A DNA stretch of 64,000 nucleotides from contig JBAZYF010000003.1 in the NCBI GenBank assembly GCA_041659505.1, positions 150,026-214,025 of the forward strand, read 5' to 3'. Shown piece by piece: positions 28,493 through 38,133 of this stretch; position 1 is the stretch's first letter, and every line of letters starts with the position of its first letter. This stretch comes from Parcubacteria group bacterium. GTDB taxonomy: Bacteria > Patescibacteriota > Minisyncoccia > Moranbacterales > UBA2206. The notes under the pieces are model-generated. The model worked only from the letters and a program-made list of their open reading frames with translations. It did no database searches and was not told the DNA's origin. A program made the translations under genes and the position numbers.

Positions 28493-29926
28493 TTACATTA
28501 AAAAATAATAATCCAATGGCACATTTACAATTTTTTCTTCCTGATCAATGACTAAGGGACTACTAGAAAATACGATTCCGTAATCAGAATTAATCCGACT
28601 CATGCTATGCAAAATTTGCTTCCTATCTTTTTTCCCCAGCCCCACTTCAATCATAATCTGCTTCTTATTGCCAATTTGCAAAATAAAGTCAGCTCCGCTT
28701 TGAGCGCTATCATAACGGAATGCTCCCCCGCCTCGAAGGATAAACTCTCGATACAGATGGGCCCCGACAGAATCTTCTAGTAGCTTTCCCTTTCTGGTCA
28801 TAAAAGTACCTTCTTGCCCGGAAATAGAGAGAAAAGACATCCGAATCGCTGAAGACATAAATAAATATTTCGCTGGTTTTTTTGCGACTGACATATTGGA
28901 TCCATAAGCTGAAACCTTCACAAGCAATTCCGCCTTTTCCAGTGCGTCTAATAGACCGAGCACTGTCAAACGATCAATCTGTAATATTTTTTCTAAAGTA
29001 TTCAGGCTTGTCGTATCATTTTCTGCAAGAATAAAAAGCAGCCGCTTGGCTTGCGTTAGCGTTTTTATGTCGAAACTACCCATCATCGGCAAGTCTTTTT
29101 TTATAATCCCATCCAAAAGCAATGATATTGCATCATAAATTGCCGATTCGTTTGGCAATTGCAAAGTGAATGGCAATGAACCTGACGTCAGAAATCTATC
29201 AACATCTCGCCTATCCACCTTACTCCAATATTCATTCACCGATCTTTGCAAATTACCCAACTTAGCATAAACTTCCCTAGCATCAGCTGAAAAGTATATC
29301 GCCTCTCTGATATTGTTTTTTAATTGCTTTGTTGGATAAACCTTATTTCCAACCATCTCAAATTCCGCAAAACACATCGGGGTCATTCGTTCAAAAATAG
29401 CCCGACCCCTTGAGATATCCGGAGTAGTTTGCAGAACGACTGCCGAAGATCCTGTGCAACAAAAAAATATCCTTGCTGTCTTATCGTGCAAGATCTTAAG
29501 TGTTTTTGCCCACTTGGGATCACTCTGTACTTCATCGAAAAAAATAACAACATCTTCCTGTAGGCTTTCAAGATCAACCTTCAGGATTTCTTCATAAGCT
29601 TGCATTATCTCAGAAATACCTACATTAAATAAATTCCTCGCTTCATCGATGGATAAAAATAATATTCTAAGTTTTTTTCTTTTGAGAATAATATCATTAC
29701 AAATCTGTGCCATTAGGGTTGTTTTTCCGACGCCGCGAAGCCCAGGGATTATAATCAACCTATTGTTTGATTTTTTAGCTAAAAAATCAAACAGATATTT
29801 CTGTATTTTTACAAATAAAAAACGACTAGGGAGCTGCTCCCCTTTTATATCATGCGTATATTTATGGATTCTATCCTCTGTTGTTCTTATTTGCTTTTGC
29901 AAATATTGGATTAGCTCCTGCTGCAT
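28493..29926 (-). CDS. AAA-family ATPase with a C-terminal DUF4143 domain
   Basis: Walker A GLRGVGKTTL and Walker B VIFFDEVQ; 477 aa. Confidence 0.7.
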   Translation of the reverse strand: MQQELIQYLQKQIRTTEDRIHKYTHDIKGEQLPSRFLFVKIQKYLFDFLAKKSNNRLIIIPGLRGVGKTTLMAQICNDIILKRKKLRILFLSIDEARNLFNVGISEIMQAYEEILKVDLESLQEDVVIFFDEVQSDPKWAKTLKILHDKTARIFFCCTGSSAVVLQTTPDISRGRAIFERMTPMCFAEFEMVGNKVYPTKQLKNNIREAIYFSADAREVYAKLGNLQRSVNEYWSKVDRRDVDRFLTSGSLPFTLQLPNESAIYDAISLLLDGIIKKDLPMMGSFDIKTLTQAKRLLFILAENDTTSLNTLEKILQIDRLTVLGLLDALEKAELLVKVSAYGSNMSVAKKPAKYLFMSSAIRMSFLSISGQEGTFMTRKGKLLEDSVGAHLYREFILRGGGAFRYDSAQSGADFILQIGNKKQIMIEVGLGKKDRKQILHSMSRINSDYGIVFSSSPLVIDQEEKIVNVPLDYYFLM

Positions 29927-29937
29927 ATATATTAAAC

Positions 29938-29983
29938 TATACTAGTAAGTTATGTTACTAGTATATTATATTAGACTAGTAAT
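29938..29983. promoter_or_regulatory. Operator-like inverted repeat ATACTAGTAA-gttatg-TTACTAGTAT plus a third half-site ACTAGTAATG
   Basis: 10-bp perfect arms at 29938-29947 and 29954-29963, immediately upstream of the AAA ATPase start. Confidence 0.45.
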
Positions 29984-30057
29984 GTCAAACAGTGTTTTTT
30001 TGGCTTAAATATAGTGTTTTTATCCTAATTCTCTTGTTGGATATCTCCTATTCAACC

Positions 30058-30729
30058 CTAGACGAGCTGTTTTTCTTTTAAGCTTGCATAGGCACTTTTT
30101 GTGATTATCACATGATCCAACACCTCAATCCCTAAAATCTTCCCCGCCTCCTTGAGGCGCTTGGTCACTTCCAAGTCATCTTCCGACGGTTCGGCGTTAC
30201 CGGAAGGATGATTGTGCGCGAGAATAACTGACGCCGCCAACTGATCAATGGCCGACTTGAAAACTTCGCGCGGATGAATGAGGCTGGCGTTGAGCGTGCC
30301 GATGGAAACGGTTTCTTTGTGAATCAGTTGACTGCGCGCGTTGAGATAGAGCGCGACAAAATGTTCTTTTTTCATGGTGCGCAATTCTTGCAATTGCGCC
30401 ACGACATCTTTGGCGGAAATAATCATCGGAAGGTTGTTGTCCTCCACTTCCAAGGCGCGCTTGGTCAACTCAAATGCCGCTAAAAAAAGACACGCCTTTG
30501 CCGGACCGATACCTTTAATTTTTGATAGACTTTTATAATCAAGTTCTAATAGTTTTTTCTTGGGAAATTTAGCCAGTATTCCACTGGAAATCTTCAAAAC
30601 ATTTTTGCCTTTTATCCCCGTTCGTAGTAAAATCGCCATCAACTCACTATCGCGAAGATTTTCCACTCCTCTTTCCCGCAACTTCTCTCTTGGCATTTCA
30701 TGTTTTGGCAAGTCTTTGATTTTTGGCAT
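30058..30729 (-). CDS. radC: RadC-family JAB/MPN domain protein
   Basis: JAMM motif HNHPSG, a helix-hairpin-helix region, and 223 aa from the MPKIKDL start. Confidence 0.8.
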   Translation of the reverse strand: MPKIKDLPKHEMPREKLRERGVENLRDSELMAILLRTGIKGKNVLKISSGILAKFPKKKLLELDYKSLSKIKGIGPAKACLFLAAFELTKRALEVEDNNLPMIISAKDVVAQLQELRTMKKEHFVALYLNARSQLIHKETVSIGTLNASLIHPREVFKSAIDQLAASVILAHNHPSGNAEPSEDDLEVTKRLKEAGKILGIEVLDHVIITKSAYASLKEKQLV

Positions 30730-30922
30730 AATTACTTTTTCCAAATATAATTACTCTTTCAAAAACCCCATCGGTAATTCAATCCTACTCCAATTCCCCT
30801 CTTTCGTAAAGAAAAGTTCGCCAAAACAGGCGCATTTTTTATTAAGCTCGAAAAATGGCCAGAACGAAATTGCTTGGGAAAAATTTGCCCATGATCAGCA
30901 TTTCCAAAAATCACACCTCAAG

Positions 30923-31942
30923 CTATAGATTATCCCGGAAAAATTGGATCGTCCTTCGCCAAGCCAAGGAGGAGTTCTGACCGATATTATGGTCGTCTCC
31001 CTGATATTCCACATACTCAACCTTTTTTCCCACTTTCTCCAACTCATCCCGCAAGCGCCGCGAAAGCTCGATCGGCACGCTTTTATCGCCGGTGGCGTGC
31101 TGAAGCTGGATCGGTGAAGAGATATCATTGAGATAGGCATAGGGATCGATCCGGTTCCAAAATTGCGGATTTTGACTGGGCAGGCCATACTCCTCGACCA
31201 GCGGATTGGAACCGCGCAGGAAGGAAATTTTTGCATTATACGTCTCTAGCTCATCAACAAAACTGCCCACCACTCCCGCCCAGAGGGAATAGGCTTTGAT
31301 ATCTTGGGAAATGACCGCGACGCGCAGACCAATTTCTCCCCCGTTGGAATGCCCCCAATAACCGATCTTTCCGGGATCAACATCCGGATATTTTTTGAGA
31401 TAAGCGATGGCCTCAAGCGTGTCGATGGTATATTTTTCGGAAAAATGCGCTCCGGTCGCAACACCCTCGGATTGGCCGTGTCCCCGCAGGTCCGGTTTGA
31501 ACGTGACAAACCCGGCTCTCGCGAGCACTGCCTGATAGCCCTGATAGTTTCCGGTTGTCGAATATTGCTTCGGCGCGATGTACCCATGCACAAAGACGAT
31601 CGCCGGAAAACCCTGCTCCGGCCTTTTCGCGAGAGGAATAGTCAAAAGTCCAAAGATTTTTAAGCCTTCTGAGCGATAGGAAACGATGGATTGTTTGTAG
31701 TTCGATCCGTTCGGCAGAGTTTTTTCCAACACAAATTCTCCGCCTGGATATGTTTGTTTTCTCAACGATTCGATCGCCATCGGAAAATCCGCTTCGCTTT
31801 GGGGCTCGACTTGCGAAACTGGCACATTTTCTTCAACTTTTGGATTCTCGACCGGCGCAGCTTTCTTCGGTCTATCGAAAGCCAAAAATAGCGCCAGTCC
31901 GCTTACGATCACCAAAAAAATGATCGCCGTGGTTTTTTTCAT
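30923..31942 (-). CDS. Secreted alpha/beta hydrolase (dienelactone hydrolase / S9 peptidase-like)
   Basis: N-terminal TM/signal segment, GxSxG nucleophile elbow (GHSNGG), 339 aa. Confidence 0.65.
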   Translation of the reverse strand: MKKTTAIIFLVIVSGLALFLAFDRPKKAAPVENPKVEENVPVSQVEPQSEADFPMAIESLRKQTYPGGEFVLEKTLPNGSNYKQSIVSYRSEGLKIFGLLTIPLAKRPEQGFPAIVFVHGYIAPKQYSTTGNYQGYQAVLARAGFVTFKPDLRGHGQSEGVATGAHFSEKYTIDTLEAIAYLKKYPDVDPGKIGYWGHSNGGEIGLRVAVISQDIKAYSLWAGVVGSFVDELETYNAKISFLRGSNPLVEEYGLPSQNPQFWNRIDPYAYLNDISSPIQLQHATGDKSVPIELSRRLRDELEKVGKKVEYVEYQGDDHNIGQNSSLAWRRTIQFFRDNL

Positions 31943-31975
31943 ATTCTTGCATCAAATATATTACCTCCCCCGCTA

Positions 31976-32485
31976 TTAGCCTATCAAGAACCCTCCCAAC
32001 TCCTCAAAAACCCCATCAGTGAAATCGGTTGGTTTGAATTTGAAAATCGCCAGCGCGTTTTTGCGGCAATAGTCGAGCTCTGGTAGATTATTAGTCTTAG
32101 TGTAATGTTTGAAACTATCAAGCGTGTCCGCCGCGCGGATGATCAGTGCATCACGTCCGGCCTCGGCCGCGCGCTTGGCCAAATCTTCAATGCGCTGGTC
32201 TGAATTTTCAATCGAACGATCCTTGGTGTTGGCGCGCACTAATTGCAAGACGGTTTCCCCGAACTCGGATCGTATGAGCTCCTCGGTAATACCGCTCCAT
32301 TCTAGCGCATCGTGCAGAAGTCCAGTAAGTACTGCATCACGGGAATAGTCATTTTCATAGAGATAGACTCCCACGCGGATAACATGAAACAAGATCGGTT
32401 TTCTTGATCCTTCTTGCGATACTGGAAAATGCGCGACAAGCATCCGCAAGGCCTTTTCAAATTCGATATCGATTAGTTCTGGCAT
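31976..32485 (-). CDS. HD-domain phosphohydrolase
   Basis: HD motif (ILFHVIRVG...LLHDALEW); 169 aa. Its 3' end is duplicated at 28234-28353 and in part at 30766-30790. Confidence 0.65.
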   Translation of the reverse strand: MPELIDIEFEKALRMLVAHFPVSQEGSRKPILFHVIRVGVYLYENDYSRDAVLTGLLHDALEWSGITEELIRSEFGETVLQLVRANTKDRSIENSDQRIEDLAKRAAEAGRDALIIRAADTLDSFKHYTKTNNLPELDYCRKNALAIFKFKPTDFTDGVFEELGGFLIG

Positions 32486-32524
32486 AATTATTTTATCTAT
32501 CTTGGCAATTTATTATCCAACTTG

Positions 32525-32756
32525 GCACACTGCGAGACTGGATTCCCGCCTGCGCGGGAATGACATGAAGGGTTGAGATCCTGAATCAAGTTCAGGATGA
32601 CAATGAGAGCAGGAGGACAAGGATGTAAGTAATTTCCGCCCAAGGCGGATCAGCCTAGGGCTGAAATTGCGTACATCTCTATTCTACCCCCATTTCCCCG
32701 CTTTGGCAAAGAAAAAAGGGATCATCCGTAATGCGAATGACCCCCTTTTTGTGAAC
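32525..32756 (+). ncRNA. Candidate structured non-coding RNA (four consecutive hairpins, then an intrinsic terminator)
   Basis: Hairpins GGATTCCCGC/GCGGGAAT, ATCCTGAA/TTCAGGAT, TCCGCC/GGCGGA and CAGCC/GGCTG at 32540-32662, then AAAAAAGGGATCAT...ATGACCCCCTTTTT at 32718-32756. No convincing ORF is present. Confidence 0.25.
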
Positions 32757-32791
32757 AATGTTCGAATTGAAATTTGCTATAAAAAACCGAT

Positions 32792-33232
32792 TCATTTCTT
32801 GGGGATAGCTTTGGCAAAAAATTCCGCCAATTCCTCTATGTACCTATCCACATGGAGTATCGCCCTTGCCTCATCCGAGACACGTTCCAAAAAACACCTG
32901 TCATTTCCTCCGGAAAAATGCACAGCGCAACGACAGAACCTGATTAAATCTTCGGCGGAGCCGATACTAAAAAGATCGGCCGGATGAACCAAGAAATATA
33001 TATTGCTGTGTTTTACTTTTGGCGCTGGATCATGCTTAGCACCACACGGAAACTTGAGTGCCATCAGTGAGCCTAACAATAATAAGGGAACTTTCTCCCC
33101 CGCTAATGTCAGCTTGACACCTCGATAATCTATTCCTGCTTCTTTTGACCAAAACTCAGGATCAATCACGACCCCAAAGGTTCCATGATTTGGCCAAAAT
33201 ACAATTTCTCCAAGTTCGGGTTTTCTTCTCAC
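32792..33232 (-). CDS. Hypothetical protein X1 (paralog of the C-terminal region of 36706..37308)
   Basis: 146 aa. Shared motifs are PCGAKHDP vs PCGYNYSP and FCRCAVHFSGGND vs FLCRNASFGSLD. Confidence 0.5.
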   Translation of the reverse strand: MRRKPELGEIVFWPNHGTFGVVIDPEFWSKEAGIDYRGVKLTLAGEKVPLLLLGSLMALKFPCGAKHDPAPKVKHSNIYFLVHPADLFSIGSAEDLIRFCRCAVHFSGGNDRCFLERVSDEARAILHVDRYIEELAEFFAKAIPKK

Positions 33233-33244
33233 ATTTTCCTCCTT

Positions 33245-34084
33245 TCAACCAATGAGTACATCCGCCATTGAATAGACAGCACCAGGCTGGATATTTTTGG
33301 CGAGAAAGTTGATGGCGTCCAACGTTCCCAGCGCATATACCTCCCTGCCGTTCACATTATGCGTAAACTGAAAAAAAACACTTCCATCAGGAGAACGCAA
33401 GGAGTAGGTATGCCATCCGTGTGCAGAGAGCGCCTTTTCGGGAACTCCCATCGCTCTTTGTTTTTTGGGATTACGCACCTTTTCAATCTGACTTGGGAAG
33501 AACGGAATTCCCAGAGAATTAAAATAGCCTGCCATTGCCTTGGCCGTACCACTGGTGTCTACTTTGCCGTTTTGATGGCTCTCTTCGATTCTCAGCGTAT
33601 ATCCCCTAAAAACACCCGGGAAATTTTTGGTCGCAAACTCCATCATGGCCAAGAAAGTGACAACTTCCTTGGCCATATTGGGTGCAATGACAGCACAAGT
33701 CTGTGACGCCTTGACCATTTCCACAAGTTTTTTCTGATCCCCACCCGTCGTCTCCATAATAAACGGGATTTTGTGGAAACAATAGAATTTAGCGTTCTCG
33801 ATGACCGCCGAGGGATGAGAGAAATCGACAACAATGAAAGAACGATCCTTGTACCATGTCATCCCTTTCACAAGCTGACTTCTTTCACCAGGCGTGAATA
33901 AATTAATGGTAAATCCGTCATCTACAGTAAACGAGAACGCCGAGATTTCAAGGCCAGTCAAGGAAGATTCGTACAGCTTAAACGGGTATCTAATCTTGTC
34001 TGCCTTCACGATTTGATTGCATACCTCGCCTGCCATTTTTCCAGGCAAGCCATTTACCATTACAACGATTTGGTCACTATTCAT
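33245..34084 (-). CDS. Dihydrodipicolinate reductase (DapB)-like oxidoreductase
   Basis: N-terminal VVMVNGLPGKMAG Rossmann-like region and ESHQNGKVDTSGTAKA, matching the DapB E-HH-x-K-DAPSGTA motif. Confidence 0.55.
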   Translation of the reverse strand: MNSDQIVVMVNGLPGKMAGEVCNQIVKADKIRYPFKLYESSLTGLEISAFSFTVDDGFTINLFTPGERSQLVKGMTWYKDRSFIVVDFSHPSAVIENAKFYCFHKIPFIMETTGGDQKKLVEMVKASQTCAVIAPNMAKEVVTFLAMMEFATKNFPGVFRGYTLRIEESHQNGKVDTSGTAKAMAGYFNSLGIPFFPSQIEKVRNPKKQRAMGVPEKALSAHGWHTYSLRSPDGSVFFQFTHNVNGREVYALGTLDAINFLAKNIQPGAVYSMADVLIG

Positions 34085-34185
34085 TGATTCTTCTCCTTTC
34101 GAAAGTTTAATTGTTTGTTTTATGATTAGTATGGTCAGGATATACCAAGAATAGTCTGAAAATACCTATTCTGTTTTTAAAAAGC

Positions 34186-34235
34186 TATGAAATTAATTTG
34201 TAGCATAGATAGGCGCGATAGTCAATTGAAATCTT
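34186..34235 (-). promoter_or_regulatory. Duplicated promoter/leader element TTGACT-N17-TACAAAT + TTAATTTCATAGC (copy 1)
   Basis: Minus-strand reading GATTTCAATTGACTATCGCGCCTATCTATGCTACAAATTAATTTCATAGC. A near-identical copy lies at 38134-38184. Confidence 0.5.
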
Positions 34236-34271
34236 ATCCCTAAAACCATAATTATAAAAAAATTAAAAGGC

Positions 34272-35126
34272 CTATTTTTTCAACTTTTTTTGATTTTTTT
34301 GCGTTAGAAAATTATTTCTTGTGACAACTTTTTTGCCTGTTCGTTGTTCGATATCCTGCCTGGTTCTGCCGGCCACCGCTCCGCCTTCTTGGGCGTCACC
34401 TCGTAACTTTCCCAAGCCCTGCGAATTTCTGGTAGTGGTTATTTCGGTCGTTGTCGCTTCGCCCAGCATAGTGAGAATCAGTTCTAATTCTGACATATGA
34501 TCCCTGGGATTGTCCGGATTACTGAGTGATTTAAATTCCTTAATCTGCTTGGCATTCATCTCGAACGCTCCTTTGTAAATCTCATTTGTGAGGATAGCAA
34601 AATCAAATCCTTCTCTTGCTCCTCGCCCTTGCCACTCGTCAGTTAGCGTATTTCGCACATTGATGCCTCGCATCCGCTTTGCGATCCAATCGTCATTATA
34701 GCCCTTCTGTTCATAAATTTTCTTGGCTCGCACAATCGCTCTTTCCGGATCTTGAATTTCTTCAATACGCTCTTGTCCGATTCGCGCCAGCCACAGCTTG
34801 AACGGCTCGGCTTTGGGAGATGGAATTGATTGGATGATTCGGAATATTCCTTGCAAATCGCCACAATTCAGCTTCTGTACACCACCCTTTGTCTCTACGG
34901 AAAGGGGGGTGACAATTTGTCCCCACCCTTTGCCAAGTTCAATATCTCTTAGTCTCATTTTCTTGATATAATCAGAAACATTTGACGTTTGAGTCAGCGC
35001 CTCCACTATATCATTTATAACAAAATACCATTGCTCATCGTGCCAGACGCGACGCACTTCTTTTTGCTCGAAGATTGTTGGATGAGTTTCATTTTCTTGT
35101 TTTTTCTTTTTCATATTTTTGCTCAA
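34272..35126 (-). CDS. DinD/Bro-N-like DNA-damage-inducible protein D family protein
   Basis: Similar to E. coli DinD (FDFAILTNEIYKGAFEMNAKQIKEFK...HMSELELILTMLGEATTTEI). Confidence 0.6.
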   Translation of the reverse strand: MSKNMKKKKQENETHPTIFEQKEVRRVWHDEQWYFVINDIVEALTQTSNVSDYIKKMRLRDIELGKGWGQIVTPLSVETKGGVQKLNCGDLQGIFRIIQSIPSPKAEPFKLWLARIGQERIEEIQDPERAIVRAKKIYEQKGYNDDWIAKRMRGINVRNTLTDEWQGRGAREGFDFAILTNEIYKGAFEMNAKQIKEFKSLSNPDNPRDHMSELELILTMLGEATTTEITTTRNSQGLGKLRGDAQEGGAVAGRTRQDIEQRTGKKVVTRNNFLTQKNQKKLKK

Positions 35127-35136
35127 TTATTTTTAT

Positions 35137-35159
35137 TATAATGATATTGTATCATTATA
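35137..35159. promoter_or_regulatory. Inverted-repeat operator TATAATGATA-ttg-TATCATTATA overlapping the -10 element
   Basis: 10-bp perfect arms 11-33 nt upstream of the DinD-like start. The half-site resembles the one upstream of the KilA-N gene. Confidence 0.45.
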
Positions 35160-35206
35160 TCAAATATTTGGCAACTTTACGCAAACGCTTTATCTTTTTC
35201 CGCTCT

Positions 35207-36559
35207 CTATTTTTTCACCCCAAGCATTTTGTCCATCACTTTTTTGGCATAGAGAAGAGAAATGACGACGGCGGTCCAGTTGATGGCGAAAATCCCCCAC
35301 CAGACGCCGTCGAGGTGCCAGTTGAGCACGCGTGTAAAGAGGTAGAAAAAAATGATCGGCGCGAAGGCCTGGCGATAGATGCCGATCCAGATGGCAAAGT
35401 TTGGTTTTTTAAGGCCTTGCAAAGTGGACACGACGAGATAAAGGATCATATAGGCCCAATAGATCCAGATCGAGATGTGAAGATAGTGGACGCCGATTTT
35501 CACTACCTCCGCATCATGGGTGAAAAGCGCGATGAACGGTGTGGCAAAAAGATAGGCCACAAGCATTCCGACAATGACAACGAAAAAGCCATAGCGCATC
35601 ACGGTGCGATAGATTTGACGACAACGCTCAAAATTTCCTGCGCCGTTGCTTTGGGCGATCAAAGTGAGCGCGGCTGTGGTGAGGCCGATCGAGGGAAGCA
35701 TGGCGATCTGATCCATCCGGGTCATGATGCCATAGGCGGCCACCGCCGCTTTGCCAAACGGGGCGACGAAGTAAGTAATGATGAAAATTCCCACCGCGAT
35801 AGTGAGCATATTGAGACTGGCGGGAAAACCTTGTGCGAATAGATTTTTAAAATATTTGAGTTTAGGAACAAGCAACGGCAGGCATTCTTTGCAAAGAATG
35901 CCTCTTTGAGTGAGCACCCAACCCATATAGACCACCCCGATAATTTGGATGACAATCGTGGCCCAAGCGACGCCAGCGAGTCCCATCGCCGGCAGACCGA
36001 GCCAGCCAAACATAAAGACGGGATCCAAAAAACAATTGAGAAAAAATCCGACGATGAGAAAATTACGAAAAGTCGCGGTGTCGCCGCGCGCGCTCAAAAT
36101 TCCGCTCATCACAAAGGTCAGGCTGAAAAAAACTGAGCCGAGAAGAATGATGTTGATGTAGGTTGTCGCGATCTGGAGATATTTTCCTTGGGCGCCCAGG
36201 AGCATGAAAAGATATGGCGCGACCCAAAATCCGATCGCAGTAAGAAAGAGGCTGACAATGACCGAGAAGCTCAAGGCTTGCGAGGCATAGACGCGCGCCT
36301 CCTCTTCGTCTTTCGCTCCGATCGCATTGGCAATGAGCGCCGAGGCACCGGTCGAAATGCCCACGCCCAAGGCAATGATGACAAAAAAGACCGGAAAAGA
36401 AAGTGACAGTGCCGCCAACGCATCGGTAGAAACGAGACCGCCGAAATAGGTATCGACGGCGTTATACATCGTGTTGAAAAAAAATCCTACGCTGGCGGGA
36501 ATGGCGATCAGGCGGATCTGCTTTCCAATATCCCCGCTCGTCAAATCTTGGTCTTGCAT
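35207..36559 (-). CDS. MATE-family multidrug/oligosaccharidyl-lipid efflux transporter
   Basis: 450 aa with 12 predicted TM helices and a NorM-like N-terminus (IPASVGFFFNTMYNAVDTYFGG). Confidence 0.8.
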   Translation of the reverse strand: MQDQDLTSGDIGKQIRLIAIPASVGFFFNTMYNAVDTYFGGLVSTDALAALSLSFPVFFVIIALGVGISTGASALIANAIGAKDEEEARVYASQALSFSVIVSLFLTAIGFWVAPYLFMLLGAQGKYLQIATTYINIILLGSVFFSLTFVMSGILSARGDTATFRNFLIVGFFLNCFLDPVFMFGWLGLPAMGLAGVAWATIVIQIIGVVYMGWVLTQRGILCKECLPLLVPKLKYFKNLFAQGFPASLNMLTIAVGIFIITYFVAPFGKAAVAAYGIMTRMDQIAMLPSIGLTTAALTLIAQSNGAGNFERCRQIYRTVMRYGFFVVIVGMLVAYLFATPFIALFTHDAEVVKIGVHYLHISIWIYWAYMILYLVVSTLQGLKKPNFAIWIGIYRQAFAPIIFFYLFTRVLNWHLDGVWWGIFAINWTAVVISLLYAKKVMDKMLGVKK

Positions 36560-36705
36560 AATTTTAGCCTTAATAAAATTACATCTTTATTTTAGTGAAA
36601 ATTCGGGGTTTAGTAAACCAGCAAGCTCAATTATGGATAAAAAAATAGAGGGATTTGATTTTGAATTACTCCAATAATCAAATCCCTCTTCTTTGAGCAG
36701 CTTTG

Positions 36706-37308
36706 CTACTCCAATTCCATCGCTGCTCGTTGCCAGGCCAGATCCAACGATCCGAAGCTAGCATTGCGACAAAGGAACGAAACTGCTTTTTTGATTGATC
36801 CCTTTTGATCTACTCTTAAGTTCAAGTATTCCTTCAGTCGTCCTTCGGCCGACCAAAGACTTGGGAGATACCACAGTTCCCAAAATCGTGCGTCTTCTCC
36901 CCTTCTTGATCTCAGGCAGATAAAGCCATAACTCGTCAATTTCTCCGCTTCGATCTCATAATTTTCCGGGGAATAGTTGTATCCACAAGGAGCATGGATG
37001 ATGATTGATGGCATGATATATTTTTCCATCTCGACAGGAAACAATTGCAGTTGCTGATTACCCGGAGAGGCGCGGCGCCAGAAAGGCAACATGTCCGTAT
37101 CTTCGGTGGGACCGGGCACATCCTCCCTTCGGCGAATGACCTCTAAGCGACCATCCGTCACGGTTACCCAGAAATGGTTACGAACCATGCATCTGATGTT
37201 TTCTTGTTCTTCCTCGGTCAAATTACCCAAAGCGAGTTCTCCTTTATCACTGGAATGAACTCTTATTCCGGGTAATTTTTTCGGCTTGTTTTCGTCAAAA
37301 TCCCACAT
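36706..37308 (-). CDS. Hypothetical protein X2 (C-terminal region paralogous to 32792..33232)
   Basis: 200 aa. See the motif matches listed for X1. Confidence 0.5.
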   Translation of the reverse strand: MWDFDENKPKKLPGIRVHSSDKGELALGNLTEEEQENIRCMVRNHFWVTVTDGRLEVIRRREDVPGPTEDTDMLPFWRRASPGNQQLQLFPVEMEKYIMPSIIIHAPCGYNYSPENYEIEAEKLTSYGFICLRSRRGEDARFWELWYLPSLWSAEGRLKEYLNLRVDQKGSIKKAVSFLCRNASFGSLDLAWQRAAMELE

Positions 37309-37346
37309 AGATTTCTCCTTTCAGTTGTAGTCACACAAAGTTACTA

Positions 37347-38060
37347 TTAACGGTTGAGATATTTTTTGACATAAATAACTTCTGCCAGAGCAGCGGCCAT
37401 ATCTTCACAGACACCTTCGAGAATAATCGGTATATTCCCTTTCTCTGGCACAGCGTTCAATATCTCGAGCTGTCTTGTAAGAAAAAGTGGCTCGTGATAT
37501 TCAACGAAACCGCTCAGATGGATTTCGCTGATCCGGTCGTAAAACTTTTCAATCATCAGCTGTGCCAGCCGCATCAGCGGGTCAATACTGAAGCAGTGAT
37601 TGAGATCGAGCACAAAACCAAAATTGTTAATTTCAAACAGCTGCTCCAAATTGGAGACTGTTCCATAACTTTTCTTCCTCCAATCAGAGTTTTCCACGCT
37701 GATCGGCAGAGAGAGATTTTTCAAAACTGACCAATCGTCAACGGTGTCCGGATGGATCACCACACAATCGAAATTGAACCGCTCGTGCGCTCTCGTAATA
37801 TGGCCCAAGACACTCATTGTTTCAAAATTTAGCTTGTACCTCAGATCTGTCGGAGCGTGTATTGAGACATGCGCGAAATGTTTCCGGATATCGACAGCAT
37901 CGAGATCGGCCAATCCGCATATATCCTGTTTGCGAATACAACCAATTTCAATCGCACCGCCACCTAATCGTTTGTGGATTTTGATGATGTCAGACGAAAC
38001 TGCCGGGATGCTTTTGAAAAGCGTGCCGGTCGTCATACCGATCAACCTATCATTGCCCAT
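37347..38060 (-). CDS. Xylose-isomerase-like TIM-barrel (sugar phosphate isomerase/epimerase / AP endonuclease 2 fold) protein
   Basis: Motifs VVIHPDT, SVENSDW and LDLNHCF; 237 aa. Confidence 0.5.
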   Translation of the reverse strand: MGNDRLIGMTTGTLFKSIPAVSSDIIKIHKRLGGGAIEIGCIRKQDICGLADLDAVDIRKHFAHVSIHAPTDLRYKLNFETMSVLGHITRAHERFNFDCVVIHPDTVDDWSVLKNLSLPISVENSDWRKKSYGTVSNLEQLFEINNFGFVLDLNHCFSIDPLMRLAQLMIEKFYDRISEIHLSGFVEYHEPLFLTRQLEILNAVPEKGNIPIILEGVCEDMAAALAEVIYVKKYLNR

Positions 38061-38133
38061 ATTCTCCCTCCCTTTTTCTTTGTATTATTAATTTCTGCTA
38101 AAAATAACCAAGAAGCTTATTCGGTTTTTAAGT

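Noticed and set aside
32667-32987. Plus-strand track ORF 32667..32987 (106 aa)
   Set aside because: It reads through a strong intrinsic-terminator hairpin at 32718-32756 and overlaps the 3' end of minus-strand gene 32792..33232. No Shine-Dalgarno is present. Treated as spurious.
35075-35842. Track ORF 35075..35842 (+, 255 aa), antisense to the MATE transporter
   Set aside because: Its composition (runs of D/G/H/R) is typical of the reverse frame of a hydrophobic gene, and the MATE gene on the minus strand is well supported.
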